From assembly GCA_963836205.1 (NCBI GenBank), contig CAWIIV010000012.1, positions 130,255-194,254 on the forward strand: a DNA stretch of 64,000 nt, given 5' to 3'. The stretch comes from an uncultured Acidimicrobiia bacterium (GTDB lineage: Bacteria > Actinomycetota > Acidimicrobiia > Acidimicrobiales > AC-14). The notes beneath the pieces are model-generated. The model was not told where the DNA came from. It saw only the letters and a list, made by a program, of their open reading frames with translations, and made no database searches. Position 1 is the first letter of the stretch; each line of letters opens with the position of its first letter. Positions 31,304 through 41,130 of this stretch are shown here, one piece after another. Position numbers and translations under genes: made by a program.

Positions 31304-33337
31304 ATGTCCGAACCGCTCCCCGGCCACCCGGCGGATCCCGCCCCCCGGCCGGTTCCTGTCACTCCTCCCGGCGCTGACGCCGGGTCTGCTCCCCAGACGA
31401 CCGCCGAGGGCGGTCCCAACCGGCGACGGCGTGGCTCCCGGGGCGGCCGGGGCCCCGCTCGCCCCGCTGGCTCCGGTTCCGGGCCCGGACCCGGACCCGG
31501 TGGCGCAGCTGACACCGGTTCGCCGGCGGTAGGCCTTCCCACCGCCGCTCCCACCGCCGGTAGCGGCCCGTCCCCCGACCGGCGGGGTCCGCCCCGCGCC
31601 CAGACCCGGCCGCCCCAGGGCGGAGCCGACGACGGGCGCCTTCCCGACCTGCCCGACCCGCCCCGCGAGGGCCGGCCGTCGACATCGCGGCGCGCACCTG
31701 CCGGCAGCCGTGGTGGCGGGGGAGGGCGGCCCACCTCCACCCCCCGGTCGACCACGCCCAAGATCGGCGACACCCGCCCGGCCCAGTCCGGCGCCGACGC
31801 CGCCGGCGTCGGCCACTCCGACAGAGCCGCCGCGGGCCCGGCACCCGAGCCGGCAGCCGCGGCGGTCTCGGCACCCGAGCCGGTCGGCGGCGCCCTGGCA
31901 GGCGGTGCCGGGGGATCGGCCGCCACCAAGCGCCGCCGGAAGCGGGGCGGCCGGGGACGGGGCGCGGCCGGCGGACCGACCACCATCGGCGGCGCCCGCG
32001 AGGCCGAGGACCCGGTCGAACTCGACGAGGAGACCCTCGAGCGCCGGCGGGGCCGCGAGCGCAAGGGTCGCCCCGTGGGCCGCTACCTCATGGCCGTGCA
32101 CGTGCGGCCCGAGGCCACCCAGATCGCGGTGCTCGAGGGGCGCTCGCTCATCGAGCACTACGTCTCCCGCCCGACGGACGACGCCAGCCAGATCCACGGC
32201 AACATCTACCTGGGCAAGGTCCAGAACGTCCTGCCGGGCATGGAGGCGGCCTTCGTCGACATCGGCACCCCCAAGAACGCGGTGCTCTACCGGGGCGACG
32301 TCCACTCCGAGCACGAGGATGTCGACGACAAGATCTCGGCCTCCACCCGCATCGAGCAGATCCTGCGACCGGGCCAGACCGTCCTCTGCCAGGTCACCAA
32401 GAACCCCATCGGCACCAAGGGCGCCCGCCTCACCCAGGAGGTGTCCCTCGCCGGGCGGTTCGTGGTCCTCATCCCCAACAGCTCCACCTACGGCATCTCC
32501 AAGCGCCTGGCCGACGACGAGCGCAAGCGCCTGCGCCGCATCCTCGACGACGTCCGCCCCGAGCACCACGGCCTCATCGTGCGCACCGCGGCCGAGGGGG
32601 CCACGCCCGAGGAGCTTCGCCGCGACGTGGCCCGCCTCCAGAAGGAGTGGGCCCACATCGAGCAGCGGGCCGGCAAGTCGGCCCCCGCCCTCCTCTACCG
32701 GGAGCCCACCCTGGCCGTCCGGGTGATCCGGGAGGAGTTCAACAAGGACTACCGGGGCGTCATCATCGACGACCCCGATCTCTACGGCGAGGTCCACGAC
32801 TACGTGGCCGCCCTGATCCCCGAGCTGGTCGATCGCATCGAGCTCTACGAGGAGGCGGCCGAGCTGCCCCTCTTCGAGCGCCAGCACATCCACGAGCAGC
32901 TGCACAAGGCCCTCGACCGCAAGGTGTGGCTGCAGTCGGGAGGGTCGCTCATCATCGAGCGCACCGAGGCCCTCACCGTCATCGACGTCAACACCGGCAA
33001 GAACGTGGGCACCTCCAACCTGGAGGAGACCGTCTACCGCAACAACCTGGAGGCGGCGGAGGAGATCGCCCGCCAGCTGCGGCTGCGCGACATCGGCGGC
33101 ATCATCGTCATCGACTTCATCGACATGGAGATCAGGCGCAATCGCGACGACGTGCTGCGCTGCTTCAAGGAGGCCCTGGCCCGCGACAAGACCCGCACCC
33201 AGGTCTTCGACATCTCCGAGCTGGGCCTGGTGGAGATGACCCGCAAGCGGGTGTCGGAGGGGCTGGTGGAGGCGTTCTCCGCCACCTGCCCCACCTGCGC
33301 CGGCCGGGGCATCGTCCTCGACCCGACGCTTCTCTAG
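31304..33337 (+). CDS. rne: Ribonuclease E/G with long low-complexity N-terminal extension
   Basis: GNIYLGKVQNVLPGMEAAFVDIG, IDVNTG, LRLRDIGGIIVIDFIDM, CPTC. Confidence 0.93.
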   Translation: MSEPLPGHPADPAPRPVPVTPPGADAGSAPQTTAEGGPNRRRRGSRGGRGPARPAGSGSGPGPGPGGAADTGSPAVGLPTAAPTAGSGPSPDRRGPPRAQTRPPQGGADDGRLPDLPDPPREGRPSTSRRAPAGSRGGGGGRPTSTPRSTTPKIGDTRPAQSGADAAGVGHSDRAAAGPAPEPAAAAVSAPEPVGGALAGGAGGSAATKRRRKRGGRGRGAAGGPTTIGGAREAEDPVELDEETLERRRGRERKGRPVGRYLMAVHVRPEATQIAVLEGRSLIEHYVSRPTDDASQIHGNIYLGKVQNVLPGMEAAFVDIGTPKNAVLYRGDVHSEHEDVDDKISASTRIEQILRPGQTVLCQVTKNPIGTKGARLTQEVSLAGRFVVLIPNSSTYGISKRLADDERKRLRRILDDVRPEHHGLIVRTAAEGATPEELRRDVARLQKEWAHIEQRAGKSAPALLYREPTLAVRVIREEFNKDYRGVIIDDPDLYGEVHDYVAALIPELVDRIELYEEAAELPLFERQHIHEQLHKALDRKVWLQSGGSLIIERTEALTVIDVNTGKNVGTSNLEETVYRNNLEAAEEIARQLRLRDIGGIIVIDFIDMEIRRNRDDVLRCFKEALARDKTRTQVFDISELGLVEMTRKRVSEGLVEAFSATCPTCAGRGIVLDPTLL

Positions 33338-33398
33338 CCGCGGCGGCGCCGGCCCTCGCAAGGGCCGGCGCACACCGCGGGTTGGGTTGGGCTGGGAC

Positions 33399-33875
33399 TC
33401 AGGTCGCGGTGCAGCCGGACGCCTCCGCCGACTGGAGGAACGACGATTGGAGCTGGGCGAAGGTGAGGGCCTTGTCGTTGTCGGCAAGGACGGTGCGCGC
33501 ATGGCTCCACTCCACCACCGAGTCCACGAAGTTGGCCTGATGGCCCTTCAGGATGTTGAAGGCGGCGGTCGTGTTGGCGTTGGCGTCGAACGCCTTCAGG
33601 AAGTTCACCACCGACCCGCCGAAGACCCCGATGGTCGAGGTCATGGTGGCCCGCCGGGTGGCGAGGGTGCTCGTGGCGGTGGCCAGGCTTGTGGTGAGAC
33701 CTTCGACCTGCTGGGCCAGGTCCTCCTTGGCCTCCGGAATGTCGTCGCACATCTGCTCGACGGTGGCCGGGTCGGTCAACGCCTGGGCCGGGGCCACGGT
33801 GGCGACGCCGACGGTTCCGAGAGCGCCGACGACGACGGTGATGCCGCTGATGAGGGTGATGATGGTCTTGTTCAT
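33399..33875 (-). CDS. Secreted helical protein (two Cys)
   Basis: AAGGAG RBS; signal peptide ending APAQA. Confidence 0.75.
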   Translation of the reverse strand: MNKTIITLISGITVVVGALGTVGVATVAPAQALTDPATVEQMCDDIPEAKEDLAQQVEGLTTSLATATSTLATRRATMTSTIGVFGGSVVNFLKAFDANANTTAAFNILKGHQANFVDSVVEWSHARTVLADNDKALTFAQLQSSFLQSAEASGCTAT

Positions 33876-33893
33876 TGGGGTTCTCCTTGGATT

Positions 33894-33929
33894 GGTCCTA
33901 CGGGTCGGATGGGTCCTACGGGTCGGATG
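33894..33929. repeat. Perfect 18-bp tandem repeat x2 (GGTCCTACGGGTCGGATG)
   Basis: Copies at 33894-33911 and 33912-33929. Confidence 0.9.
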
Positions 33930-33946
33930 GATTGAAGCCACGGCGC

Positions 33947-34393
33947 TCAGAGCTCGATGCCCAGGGCTTGCAGCTGGGCGTTGACGATGGCGTCGACTTC
34001 CGCCCGGGTCAGTTCCCGAGGCCCTCCGTCGTCGCCCGCCCGCTCGAACTGGGCCGCCATCTCCGCCAGCGCCTGGGCCACCTCGGTGGGCAGGACATCC
34101 GTCGGGAGCACCTCCGGCACGTTCGCCGGGGGATCGGGGGCCGAGCTCGCCACGGGGGACGAGGCCTCGGGACCGGCGTCGCCGGCTTCTGCCTGGTCGT
34201 CAGCCATCGAGGCCGGTTCAGCCGCCGGGGGGCTGGTGACGGCCGTCGTGGCCGACCCTCTCCCCGCCGACCCCCGGACGCCGGGATCGCTCCCCGAAGG
34301 AGTGCCGCACCCGGCGACGATGATCGCCACCGCCACGCATCCGACCGCGGCCCGTACGCCTGCCCGCAGCCGTGTGAATCCGCCGCTCGCCAT
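33947..34393 (-). CDS. Putative lipoprotein
   Basis: Lipobox IVAGC; Pro/Ala/Ser-rich linker; purine-rich RBS. Confidence 0.7.
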   Translation of the reverse strand: MASGGFTRLRAGVRAAVGCVAVAIIVAGCGTPSGSDPGVRGSAGRGSATTAVTSPPAAEPASMADDQAEAGDAGPEASSPVASSAPDPPANVPEVLPTDVLPTEVAQALAEMAAQFERAGDDGGPRELTRAEVDAIVNAQLQALGIEL

Positions 34394-34537
34394 TTTCCTG
34401 TCTCCTTGTACGCAGTGCCCCCCGCAAGGAAGATCTTCCGGGAAAGCGCCGCCGCCGGGAATCTCCCGCGCAGGAGGGATTGCGTTTCGGAACGGTGAGA
34501 CTTTTCGCACCACCTGGTAAGGCGGGGCGGCGGGGAA

Positions 34538-36655
34538 TCAGGTGGTGACGGTGGCCACGAGGCGGTCGACGGCGCCCCCGAACTCGTCGAACGCGGCGGG
34601 CGGCGCCTCGGCGGCGACGACCAGGACCGCGCCGTCGACGACGACGACGTCGAGCCGGTTCTGGTTGCCCTCGATCAGCTCGAACAGGCGCCCCGTGTCG
34701 TCGAGGGCGAACAGGAGGACGCACCGGGACGGGCAGCGCACACCGGGGTACCCGGCGCCGGGCCGCACCTGGACGGTGAGGCGCTGGCCCGGGTGGCCTC
34801 CGACCTCGAACGGCTCCGATGTGGTCTCGAGGCGGGGATGGGCGGCCAGCCATTGGGCCACATCGCCCGGAACGGCGGTGGTCGCGGCCTCGATCTCGGC
34901 CGCGGTGGCGGGCGTCAGGGATGCGTCGAAGACCTGCCCGACGCGGACGATGGAGAGGAGGCTGGTCTCGGGCCCGGACGCCTGGACCAGGTCGACGACG
35001 TCGCGGAACTCGCCCTTCAGCGACCGCCAACTGCCGTCGGACGTGAACGACAGGGACGGTGTGAACGTCTCCGTGCGGTACCGGCCGGCCGGGATGGGGT
35101 CCGTCCCGGGGGGAAGGCGACCCACCACCTCGGTGGTCGGCGGCGTGGTGGTCGGTTGCGAGGGGCCGCCGCGGGCCGCCTCGTCGCCCCGACCGCCGGA
35201 CGGGTCCCGGCCGTTGGCGACCCAGGCCAACACCCCGGCGACCACCACGAGGGCTCCCACCAGGCCTGCGACTGCCCGGGGCCGGACGGATCGGCGCCCG
35301 GCCACCGGGCGGGCCGGGGGCGGAGCGGGCGGGGGAGGCGCGGGCGCGGGCGGCGCGGGGCCGGCCAGGGTGGCGGTCGGGGCGGGATCGAAGGGGATGG
35401 TGACCGAGCCCGACGAGTCGAGGGAGGGCTCGGACCCGGTGGTCCGGGACAGCTCGAAGACCCGCTCCGACCGGGAGGCGCCCCCCGGGCGGACGCCCAC
35501 CGGGTCGAGGCTCACGCCTTCCAGCAGGCTGTCCCGGGCCAGCTGGCGGGTCACCTGCGACACCAGGATCTGGCCGTCGGCGGCCAGGGCGCACATGGCC
35601 ACCGCCCGCTCGACGGCGCCGCCCCGGTAGCCGTCACCGTGACGCTCGGCCTCGCCCGTGTGCAGGGCCATGCGGGCCGACGGCGGGCCGCCGCCACCGG
35701 AAGGATCGTCGACGCCGTCGTCGACGCTGTCCTGCACGGCCAGGGCGCAGCCGATGGCGTCGGAGGCCCGAGCGAAGACGCCGAGCACGGTCGGACCCCC
35801 GTCGCCGGCGACCACGCCCCCGTGCCGCTCGACGGTGGTGGCAACGGTTCCCGGGGGTTGGGCCTCCACCGCCAGAAAGGTCAGGATCCCGGACGGGCGG
35901 TTGCCGGGTGCGGCCCGTTCCAGCCCGGCCACCAGCTCGCCGGCCGAGGCCGGGCGGCGGACGGGATCGGTCGACAGCCCGCCCCGAAGGGCCCGGGCCA
36001 CCTCCCGGTCGGAGCCCGCCGGTTCGGGGTCGTCGGCCGCCGGCGTCCGCCCGGTGAGAAGGGTGTAGGCGGTGGCGGCCAGGCTGTAGACGTCGGCCGC
36101 AGGCGTCGTCCGGGAGTCGGTGGCCAGCTCGGGGGCGACGTAGCCCTTGGTGCCCATCGGGATGCGGTGGGCGGCCGCCTGGTTCACGGCCACCCCGAAG
36201 TCGACCAGCACCACCTGGCCCCGGGGCGTGAGGATGAGGTTGGCCGGCTTGACGTCGCCGTGCACGACGGGCGGCTCGTGGGCGTGGAGGTGGTCGAGGG
36301 CCGCCGCCACCTGGTGGAGGTAGCCCATCACCGCACCGAAGGCGAGGCCGGGGTCGCCCCGCTCGTCGAGCACCTGCTGGAGGCTCTTGCCCTCCACCCA
36401 ATCCATCACCAGGTAGTAGCGGGCGCCGACGTAGAAGTCCTCCCGCACCAGGGGCAGGCCGGCGTGGGGGCGGACGTCGAGCAGGACCCGGGCTTCGGAC
36501 AGCACCGCCTCCCGCTCCTCGGGCGTCTTCACGGGCCGGACCTTCAGCGCAACCTGGCGGTCGTGGAGCGAGTCCCGAGCCCGGACGACCTCGCCCTGGC
36601 CGCCCCGCCCGACCACCTCCAGGGGCTGGTAGCGGCCCCGGATCAGCTCACCCAT
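34538..36655 (-). CDS. Membrane Ser/Thr kinase fused to a degenerate class III cyclase domain and an extracytoplasmic domain
   Basis: GRGGQGEV, VALK, HGDVKPAN, DFG, GTKGYVAPE; then RMALHTGE and GQILVS; TM segment. Confidence 0.88.
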   Translation of the reverse strand: MGELIRGRYQPLEVVGRGGQGEVVRARDSLHDRQVALKVRPVKTPEEREAVLSEARVLLDVRPHAGLPLVREDFYVGARYYLVMDWVEGKSLQQVLDERGDPGLAFGAVMGYLHQVAAALDHLHAHEPPVVHGDVKPANLILTPRGQVVLVDFGVAVNQAAAHRIPMGTKGYVAPELATDSRTTPAADVYSLAATAYTLLTGRTPAADDPEPAGSDREVARALRGGLSTDPVRRPASAGELVAGLERAAPGNRPSGILTFLAVEAQPPGTVATTVERHGGVVAGDGGPTVLGVFARASDAIGCALAVQDSVDDGVDDPSGGGGPPSARMALHTGEAERHGDGYRGGAVERAVAMCALAADGQILVSQVTRQLARDSLLEGVSLDPVGVRPGGASRSERVFELSRTTGSEPSLDSSGSVTIPFDPAPTATLAGPAPPAPAPPPPAPPPARPVAGRRSVRPRAVAGLVGALVVVAGVLAWVANGRDPSGGRGDEAARGGPSQPTTTPPTTEVVGRLPPGTDPIPAGRYRTETFTPSLSFTSDGSWRSLKGEFRDVVDLVQASGPETSLLSIVRVGQVFDASLTPATAAEIEAATTAVPGDVAQWLAAHPRLETTSEPFEVGGHPGQRLTVQVRPGAGYPGVRCPSRCVLLFALDDTGRLFELIEGNQNRLDVVVVDGAVLVVAAEAPPAAFDEFGGAVDRLVATVTT

Positions 36656-37265
36656 CGGCGTGGGGGCGATCGGCCTGGCCCCGGAGGTCGGCCAGGCTGA
36701 CGGCCCCCCGCCGGATGGCGTCGTTGGCCAGGCGAGCCCGGCGGCGCTCGCCCTCCCACACGCCGAACTTGTCGAACAGGTGGAGCATGTGCTGCTTGAC
36801 GGCGGCGTCGGACACGACCAGCTCCCGGGCGATCTGGCGGATCGACGCCGGCTCGGTGAACACGTCGCCCGCCAGCACCGGGCGGCACAGGCTGAGGAGG
36901 ACGTCGCGCTCCCGGCGGGTGAGCTCGGGCGCGGGCTCGGCCGCCTGCGTCTCCTGACGGTCGCCGGCGCGGTCGTCGGTGTGGAACACCATTCGCGTCT
37001 GGCCGACGCGGATCTCGTCGCCGTCGCGCAGGGGGCACGACCCCAGGACCCGGTTCCCGTTGACGAAGGTGCCGTTCCGGGAGGAGAGGTCGCGGGCCGA
37101 CCAGCCCGCCGGGAACCGCTCCAGGGCCGCGTGCAGGCGTGAAAGGGTTGGGTCCGACGTCACCGCGACGTCGTTGCTCCCGGCCTTGCCGATGGAGACC
37201 TGGTCCGCGTCGAGGACCACCAGCCGCCGCCCGGCAGAGTCCCATAGCTCCAGGTACTCGGGCAT
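36648..37265 (-). CDS. FHA domain plus LuxR-type HTH regulator
   Basis: FHA motifs IGK, SRLHA, DLSSRNGTFVNG; LTRRERDVL...IARELVVSDAAVKQH. Confidence 0.88.
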   Translation of the reverse strand: MPEYLELWDSAGRRLVVLDADQVSIGKAGSNDVAVTSDPTLSRLHAALERFPAGWSARDLSSRNGTFVNGNRVLGSCPLRDGDEIRVGQTRMVFHTDDRAGDRQETQAAEPAPELTRRERDVLLSLCRPVLAGDVFTEPASIRQIARELVVSDAAVKQHMLHLFDKFGVWEGERRRARLANDAIRRGAVSLADLRGQADRPHADG

Positions 37266-37402
37266 CTTCCTTACCAGAAGGTAAGGCCTCGGACCGGCCC
37301 GGGCCAAGGGTGGTAGCACGAGGACTGCCCGGCCGCCACCCTCGGCGTCCCACGCGGCCGCCAGATTTCGGGCCGCGGGCTCTCCTGTACGCTGGTCGGT
37401 CT

Positions 37403-37717
37403 ATGTACGCAGTGATCAAGACAGGTGGCAAGCAGTACAAGGTCTCGCAGGGCGAGCGCCTCGACGTCGAGCGCCTCACCGGCGACGGCGACGGCGTGGT
37501 GTCGTTCGACCCCGTGCTGGTGGTCGACGGGGAGACGATCTGGGCCGAGCCGGCGCAGCTGGCGGGGTCGAGGGTGACGGCCAAGGTCGTGGGTGACGCC
37601 AAGGGCCCCAAGATCACGGGCCTCACGTACAAGAACAAGACCAACTCCACCAAACGGTGGGGCCATCGCCAGCACTACAGCACCATCGAGATCACCGGCA
37701 TCACGAGAGAGGCCTGA
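37403..37717 (+). CDS. rplU: 50S ribosomal protein L21
   Basis: [14 protein letters not shown]...GHRQ. Confidence 0.97.
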   Translation: MYAVIKTGGKQYKVSQGERLDVERLTGDGDGVVSFDPVLVVDGETIWAEPAQLAGSRVTAKVVGDAKGPKITGLTYKNKTNSTKRWGHRQHYSTIEITGITREA

Positions 37718-37718
37718 G

Positions 37719-37970
37719 ATGTCCAAGACCAAGGGTGGCGGCTCCACCCGCAACGGCCGCGACTCCGCCGCCCAGCGCCTCGGTGTGAAGGTCTACGACG
37801 GCGGCGTGGTCAGCCCGGGCAAGATCATCGTCCGCCAGCGGGGCACCCACTTCCACCCCGGCGAGCAGGTCGGCAAGGGCGGCGACGACACCCTGTTCGC
37901 CCTGGCCGACGGCAAGGTGAAGTTCACCTTCCGCGGCGGCCGGCGCCGCGTCGACGTCCTCCCCGAGTAG
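37719..37970 (+). CDS. rpmA: 50S ribosomal protein L27
   Basis: [24 protein letters not shown]. Confidence 0.97.
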   Translation: MSKTKGGGSTRNGRDSAAQRLGVKVYDGGVVSPGKIIVRQRGTHFHPGEQVGKGGDDTLFALADGKVKFTFRGGRRRVDVLPE

Positions 37971-38025
37971 CTCGGCCGAGCAATCGGTCTGGGCCGGCGC
38001 CCGCCGGTCGTAACCTCTCTTTCCA

Positions 38026-39283
38026 GTGTCTTCCTTCGTCGACGAGGCCGCGCTCTGCGTTCGGGGCGGTGACGGCGGGGCCGGGTCGGTCTCCTTCCGG
38101 CGGGAGGCCCACGTCCCCCGGGGCGGCCCCGACGGGGGCAACGGCGGCCAGGGGGGCGACGTGTGGCTGGTCGCCGACCACCAGTGCGCCTCCCTCCTCG
38201 CCTTCCGCGACCACCCCCACCGCATCGCCACCAGTGGTGCCCACGGGGCGGGCGGGGCCCGGCACGGTCCCGGCGGCGCCGACCTGCGGGTGAGCGTGCC
38301 GGTGGGCACGATCGTCTCCGAGGACGGGCGGGTGGTGGCCGACCTGGTCAACACCGGCGACTCGTGGCTGGCGGCCCGGGGCGGGACGGGGCGGGCGGGG
38401 CAACGCCAGCTTCCTGTCCAACCGCCGGCGGGCGCCGTCGTTCGCCGAGCAGGGGGAGGCGGGCGAGGAGCGGTGGCTCAAGCTCGAGCTCAAGCTGATG
38501 GCCGACGTCGCCCTCGTCGGGTTCCCCAACGCGGGCAAGTCCACCCTCATCTCCCGGGTGTCAGCGGCGAAGCCCAAGATCGCCGACTACCCGTTCACCA
38601 CCCTCCAGCCCCACCTGGGCGTGGTCCGCAGCGACGACTACGAGTTCGTGATGGCCGACATCCCCGGGCTGATCGAGGGCGCGAGCGAGGGCAAGGGCCT
38701 GGGCCACCAGTTCCTGCGCCACATCGAGCGGGCCCGGGCCCTCGTGGTGCTTCTCGACCTGGCCCAGGCCGACGGGGTGGCCCCCGAGGAGCAGGAGCGC
38801 ATCCTCCTCCACGAGCTGGGCAGCCACCGTCCCGAGCTGCTGGAGCGGCCCCGGCTGGTGGTGGGTACCAAGGCCGACGTGGCCGTCGCACACTGGGACG
38901 GCGACCGGGTCTCGGCCGTCACCGGCGCCGGGATCAAGGAGCTGGTCGGGCGGCTGGCCGTCCTCGTCGACCACGCCCGGGCGGCCGAGCCCGACGCCGG
39001 CGCCTACGTGGTCTACCGGCCCGAGCCGGAGGGGATCCGGGTGGAGCGCGATGTCGACGGCGCCCTGGTGGTGCGGGGCCAGGCCGCGGAGCGGGCGGTG
39101 GCGGTGAACGACCTCACCAACCTTCAGGCGCTCGACTACGTCCGTGACCGGCTGAAGCGGCTGGGCGTCGACAAGGCCCTGACCCGGGCTGGTGCCCGGG
39201 AGGGCGACACCGTGCGCATCGGCAAGATGACCCTGGAGTACACCGACGGCACCGCCGTCCGGCCGGTCGGCCGCCGAGGCTGA
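38026..39283 (+). CDS. obgE: GTPase ObgE/CgtA (apparent +1 G frameshift at about 38390)
   Basis: FVD...[29 protein letters not shown]; removing one G restores [11 protein letters not shown]. Confidence 0.93.
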
Positions 39284-39287
39284 GGCC

Positions 39288-40379
39288 ATGATCGTCGTGG
39301 CCAAGATCGGGACGTCGTCGATCACCGACGACCACGGCGAGATCGCGGTGGCCGCGGTCCAGAAGCTGTGCTCCGAGGTGGCCGACCTTCGCAGCCAGGG
39401 CCACCGGGTGGTGGTGGTCACGTCGGGGGCGATCGCGGCCGGGCTGCCCGCCCTCGGCCTGTCGGGGCGGCGGCCGACCGACATCGCCACCCTCCAGGCC
39501 GTCTCGGCGGTGGGCCAGAGCCGGCTCATGGGCGTCTACGACACCGCCCTCGGCGCCCACGGGCTGGTGGCCGGCCAGGTGCTCCTCGTCCCCCTCGACT
39601 TCGCCCACCGCTCGCAGTACCTCCACGCCCGCCAGACCCTCAACCGGCTGCTGGAGCTGGGCGTGGTGCCGGTGGTGAACGAGAACGACGCCATCGCCGA
39701 CGACGAGATCCGCTTCGGCGACAACGACTTCCTGGCCGCCCTGGTGGCCAACCTGGTGGCGGCCGACCTGCTGGTCCTGCTCACCGACGCCCCCGGCCTG
39801 CTCAGCGCCGACCCCCGGCTCATCGAGGGCGGATCGCTCATCGAGGAGATCGTCGAGGTCGACCACGAGATGGAGCGGGTGGCCGGTGGGCGGGGCTCGG
39901 TCCACGGCAGCGGGGGGATGGCGTCCAAGCTGGCGGCGGCCAAGATCGCGTCGTGGTCGGGGGTGCGGGCCGTCATCGCCGCCGCCACCCGCCCGGGCGT
40001 GCTGGCGGGGGCCGTCGAGGGCCGCCCGGGGGTGGGGACGATCGTGCGGCCCCGCGATCGGCGCCTGCCCGCCCGCAAGCTGTGGATAGCCTTTGCCATG
40101 GCCATGTCGGGGACGATCGTGGTCGACGACGGCGCCCGCCGGGCCCTCGTCGAGCGGGGCCGGTCCCTGCTGCCGGCGGGGATCGTGGAGGTGCGGGGCG
40201 ACTTCGAGGCCGACGACGCGGTGGAGATCGCCGACCTCACCGGGCGGGTGTTCGCCAAGGGCCTGGCCCGGCTGAGCGCGGTGGACCTCAAGGCCGCCGC
40301 CGGCCGCCGCACGAGCGACCTGCCCGAGGGCACCCCCCACGAGGCGGTCCACGCCGACGACCTGGTCGCCCTGCCATGA
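39288..40379 (+). CDS. proB: Glutamate 5-kinase
   Basis: KIGTSS, TSGAI, NEND, FGDND, GGMASK, C-terminal PUA domain. Confidence 0.96.
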   Translation: MIVVAKIGTSSITDDHGEIAVAAVQKLCSEVADLRSQGHRVVVVTSGAIAAGLPALGLSGRRPTDIATLQAVSAVGQSRLMGVYDTALGAHGLVAGQVLLVPLDFAHRSQYLHARQTLNRLLELGVVPVVNENDAIADDEIRFGDNDFLAALVANLVAADLLVLLTDAPGLLSADPRLIEGGSLIEEIVEVDHEMERVAGGRGSVHGSGGMASKLAAAKIASWSGVRAVIAAATRPGVLAGAVEGRPGVGTIVRPRDRRLPARKLWIAFAMAMSGTIVVDDGARRALVERGRSLLPAGIVEVRGDFEADDAVEIADLTGRVFAKGLARLSAVDLKAAAGRRTSDLPEGTPHEAVHADDLVALP

Positions 40380-40963
40380 ATCGCCCCGTGCCCGTGGAGA
40401 GTCGCCCGGCCGGCCGTCGACGGGGTCGCTGGACGGTCGGGCTGGTGGTGGCCGGGCTGTTGCTTCTCGCCGGCTGCACCACCATCCGGGGCCTGATCGA
40501 CACCGAGGAGGCCCTCCAGCAGGCCGGATTCACCGAGGTCGAGGTCGACTTCACCAGCGCCGACGGCTTCGACCAGGTCGAGATCGCCCTCCGCCCGCCG
40601 TCGGTCGAGACCGCGCCCGGGGTCAGCGCCGAGGAGGCGGCCCGCGTCGTGTGGACCGAGTTCCCCCTGCGCTTCGACATCGTCCGGGTCGAGTTGCTCG
40701 GACCGGCCGACGCTTTTGTCACCACCTACACCTACAGCGAGATGCAGGAGATCTTCGGTCCCCGCTCCCCCGAGCTCGACGAGAAGGAGCTGGGCGACGA
40801 CGTGGTCCGGGCGGGGGTGGGAATCGCCATCGTCCTCGTCGTCGGCGGGCTCCTGTTCCTGGCCGCGATCGTTCTGGCCATCGTCTTCGGCGTGCGGGCC
40901 AGCCGCCGGCGAGCGGCGCGCACCCCTCCGCCGTGGCCGCCGGTACCCAGACCGGGCGGATGA
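40376..40963 (+). CDS. Putative lipoprotein with C-terminal TM
   Basis: LLAGC lipobox; ATGA overlap with proB. Confidence 0.7.
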   Translation: MNRPVPVESRPAGRRRGRWTVGLVVAGLLLLAGCTTIRGLIDTEEALQQAGFTEVEVDFTSADGFDQVEIALRPPSVETAPGVSAEEAARVVWTEFPLRFDIVRVELLGPADAFVTTYTYSEMQEIFGPRSPELDEKELGDDVVRAGVGIAIVLVVGGLLFLAAIVLAIVFGVRASRRRAARTPPPWPPVPRPGG

Positions 40964-41130
40964 GGCGGTAGTTGCGAGGAAGTTGACGGCCTGGCACGCG
41001 GGATTTGGCTTCCCGCCCGTACCATGGGGCCGATGACTCGTGGCGGAGAACCGTCGATGGGGCGGCGCGGCGGCGGCCGACGTCCGCTTCGCGGCACGGA
41101 CGGCGGGTAGGTCGGCACCGGTCGGTCGCG

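Noticed and set aside
33894-33929. CRISPR array
   Set aside because: Two abutting repeats with no spacers; no cas genes or repeat-spacer arrays were seen anywhere in the window.
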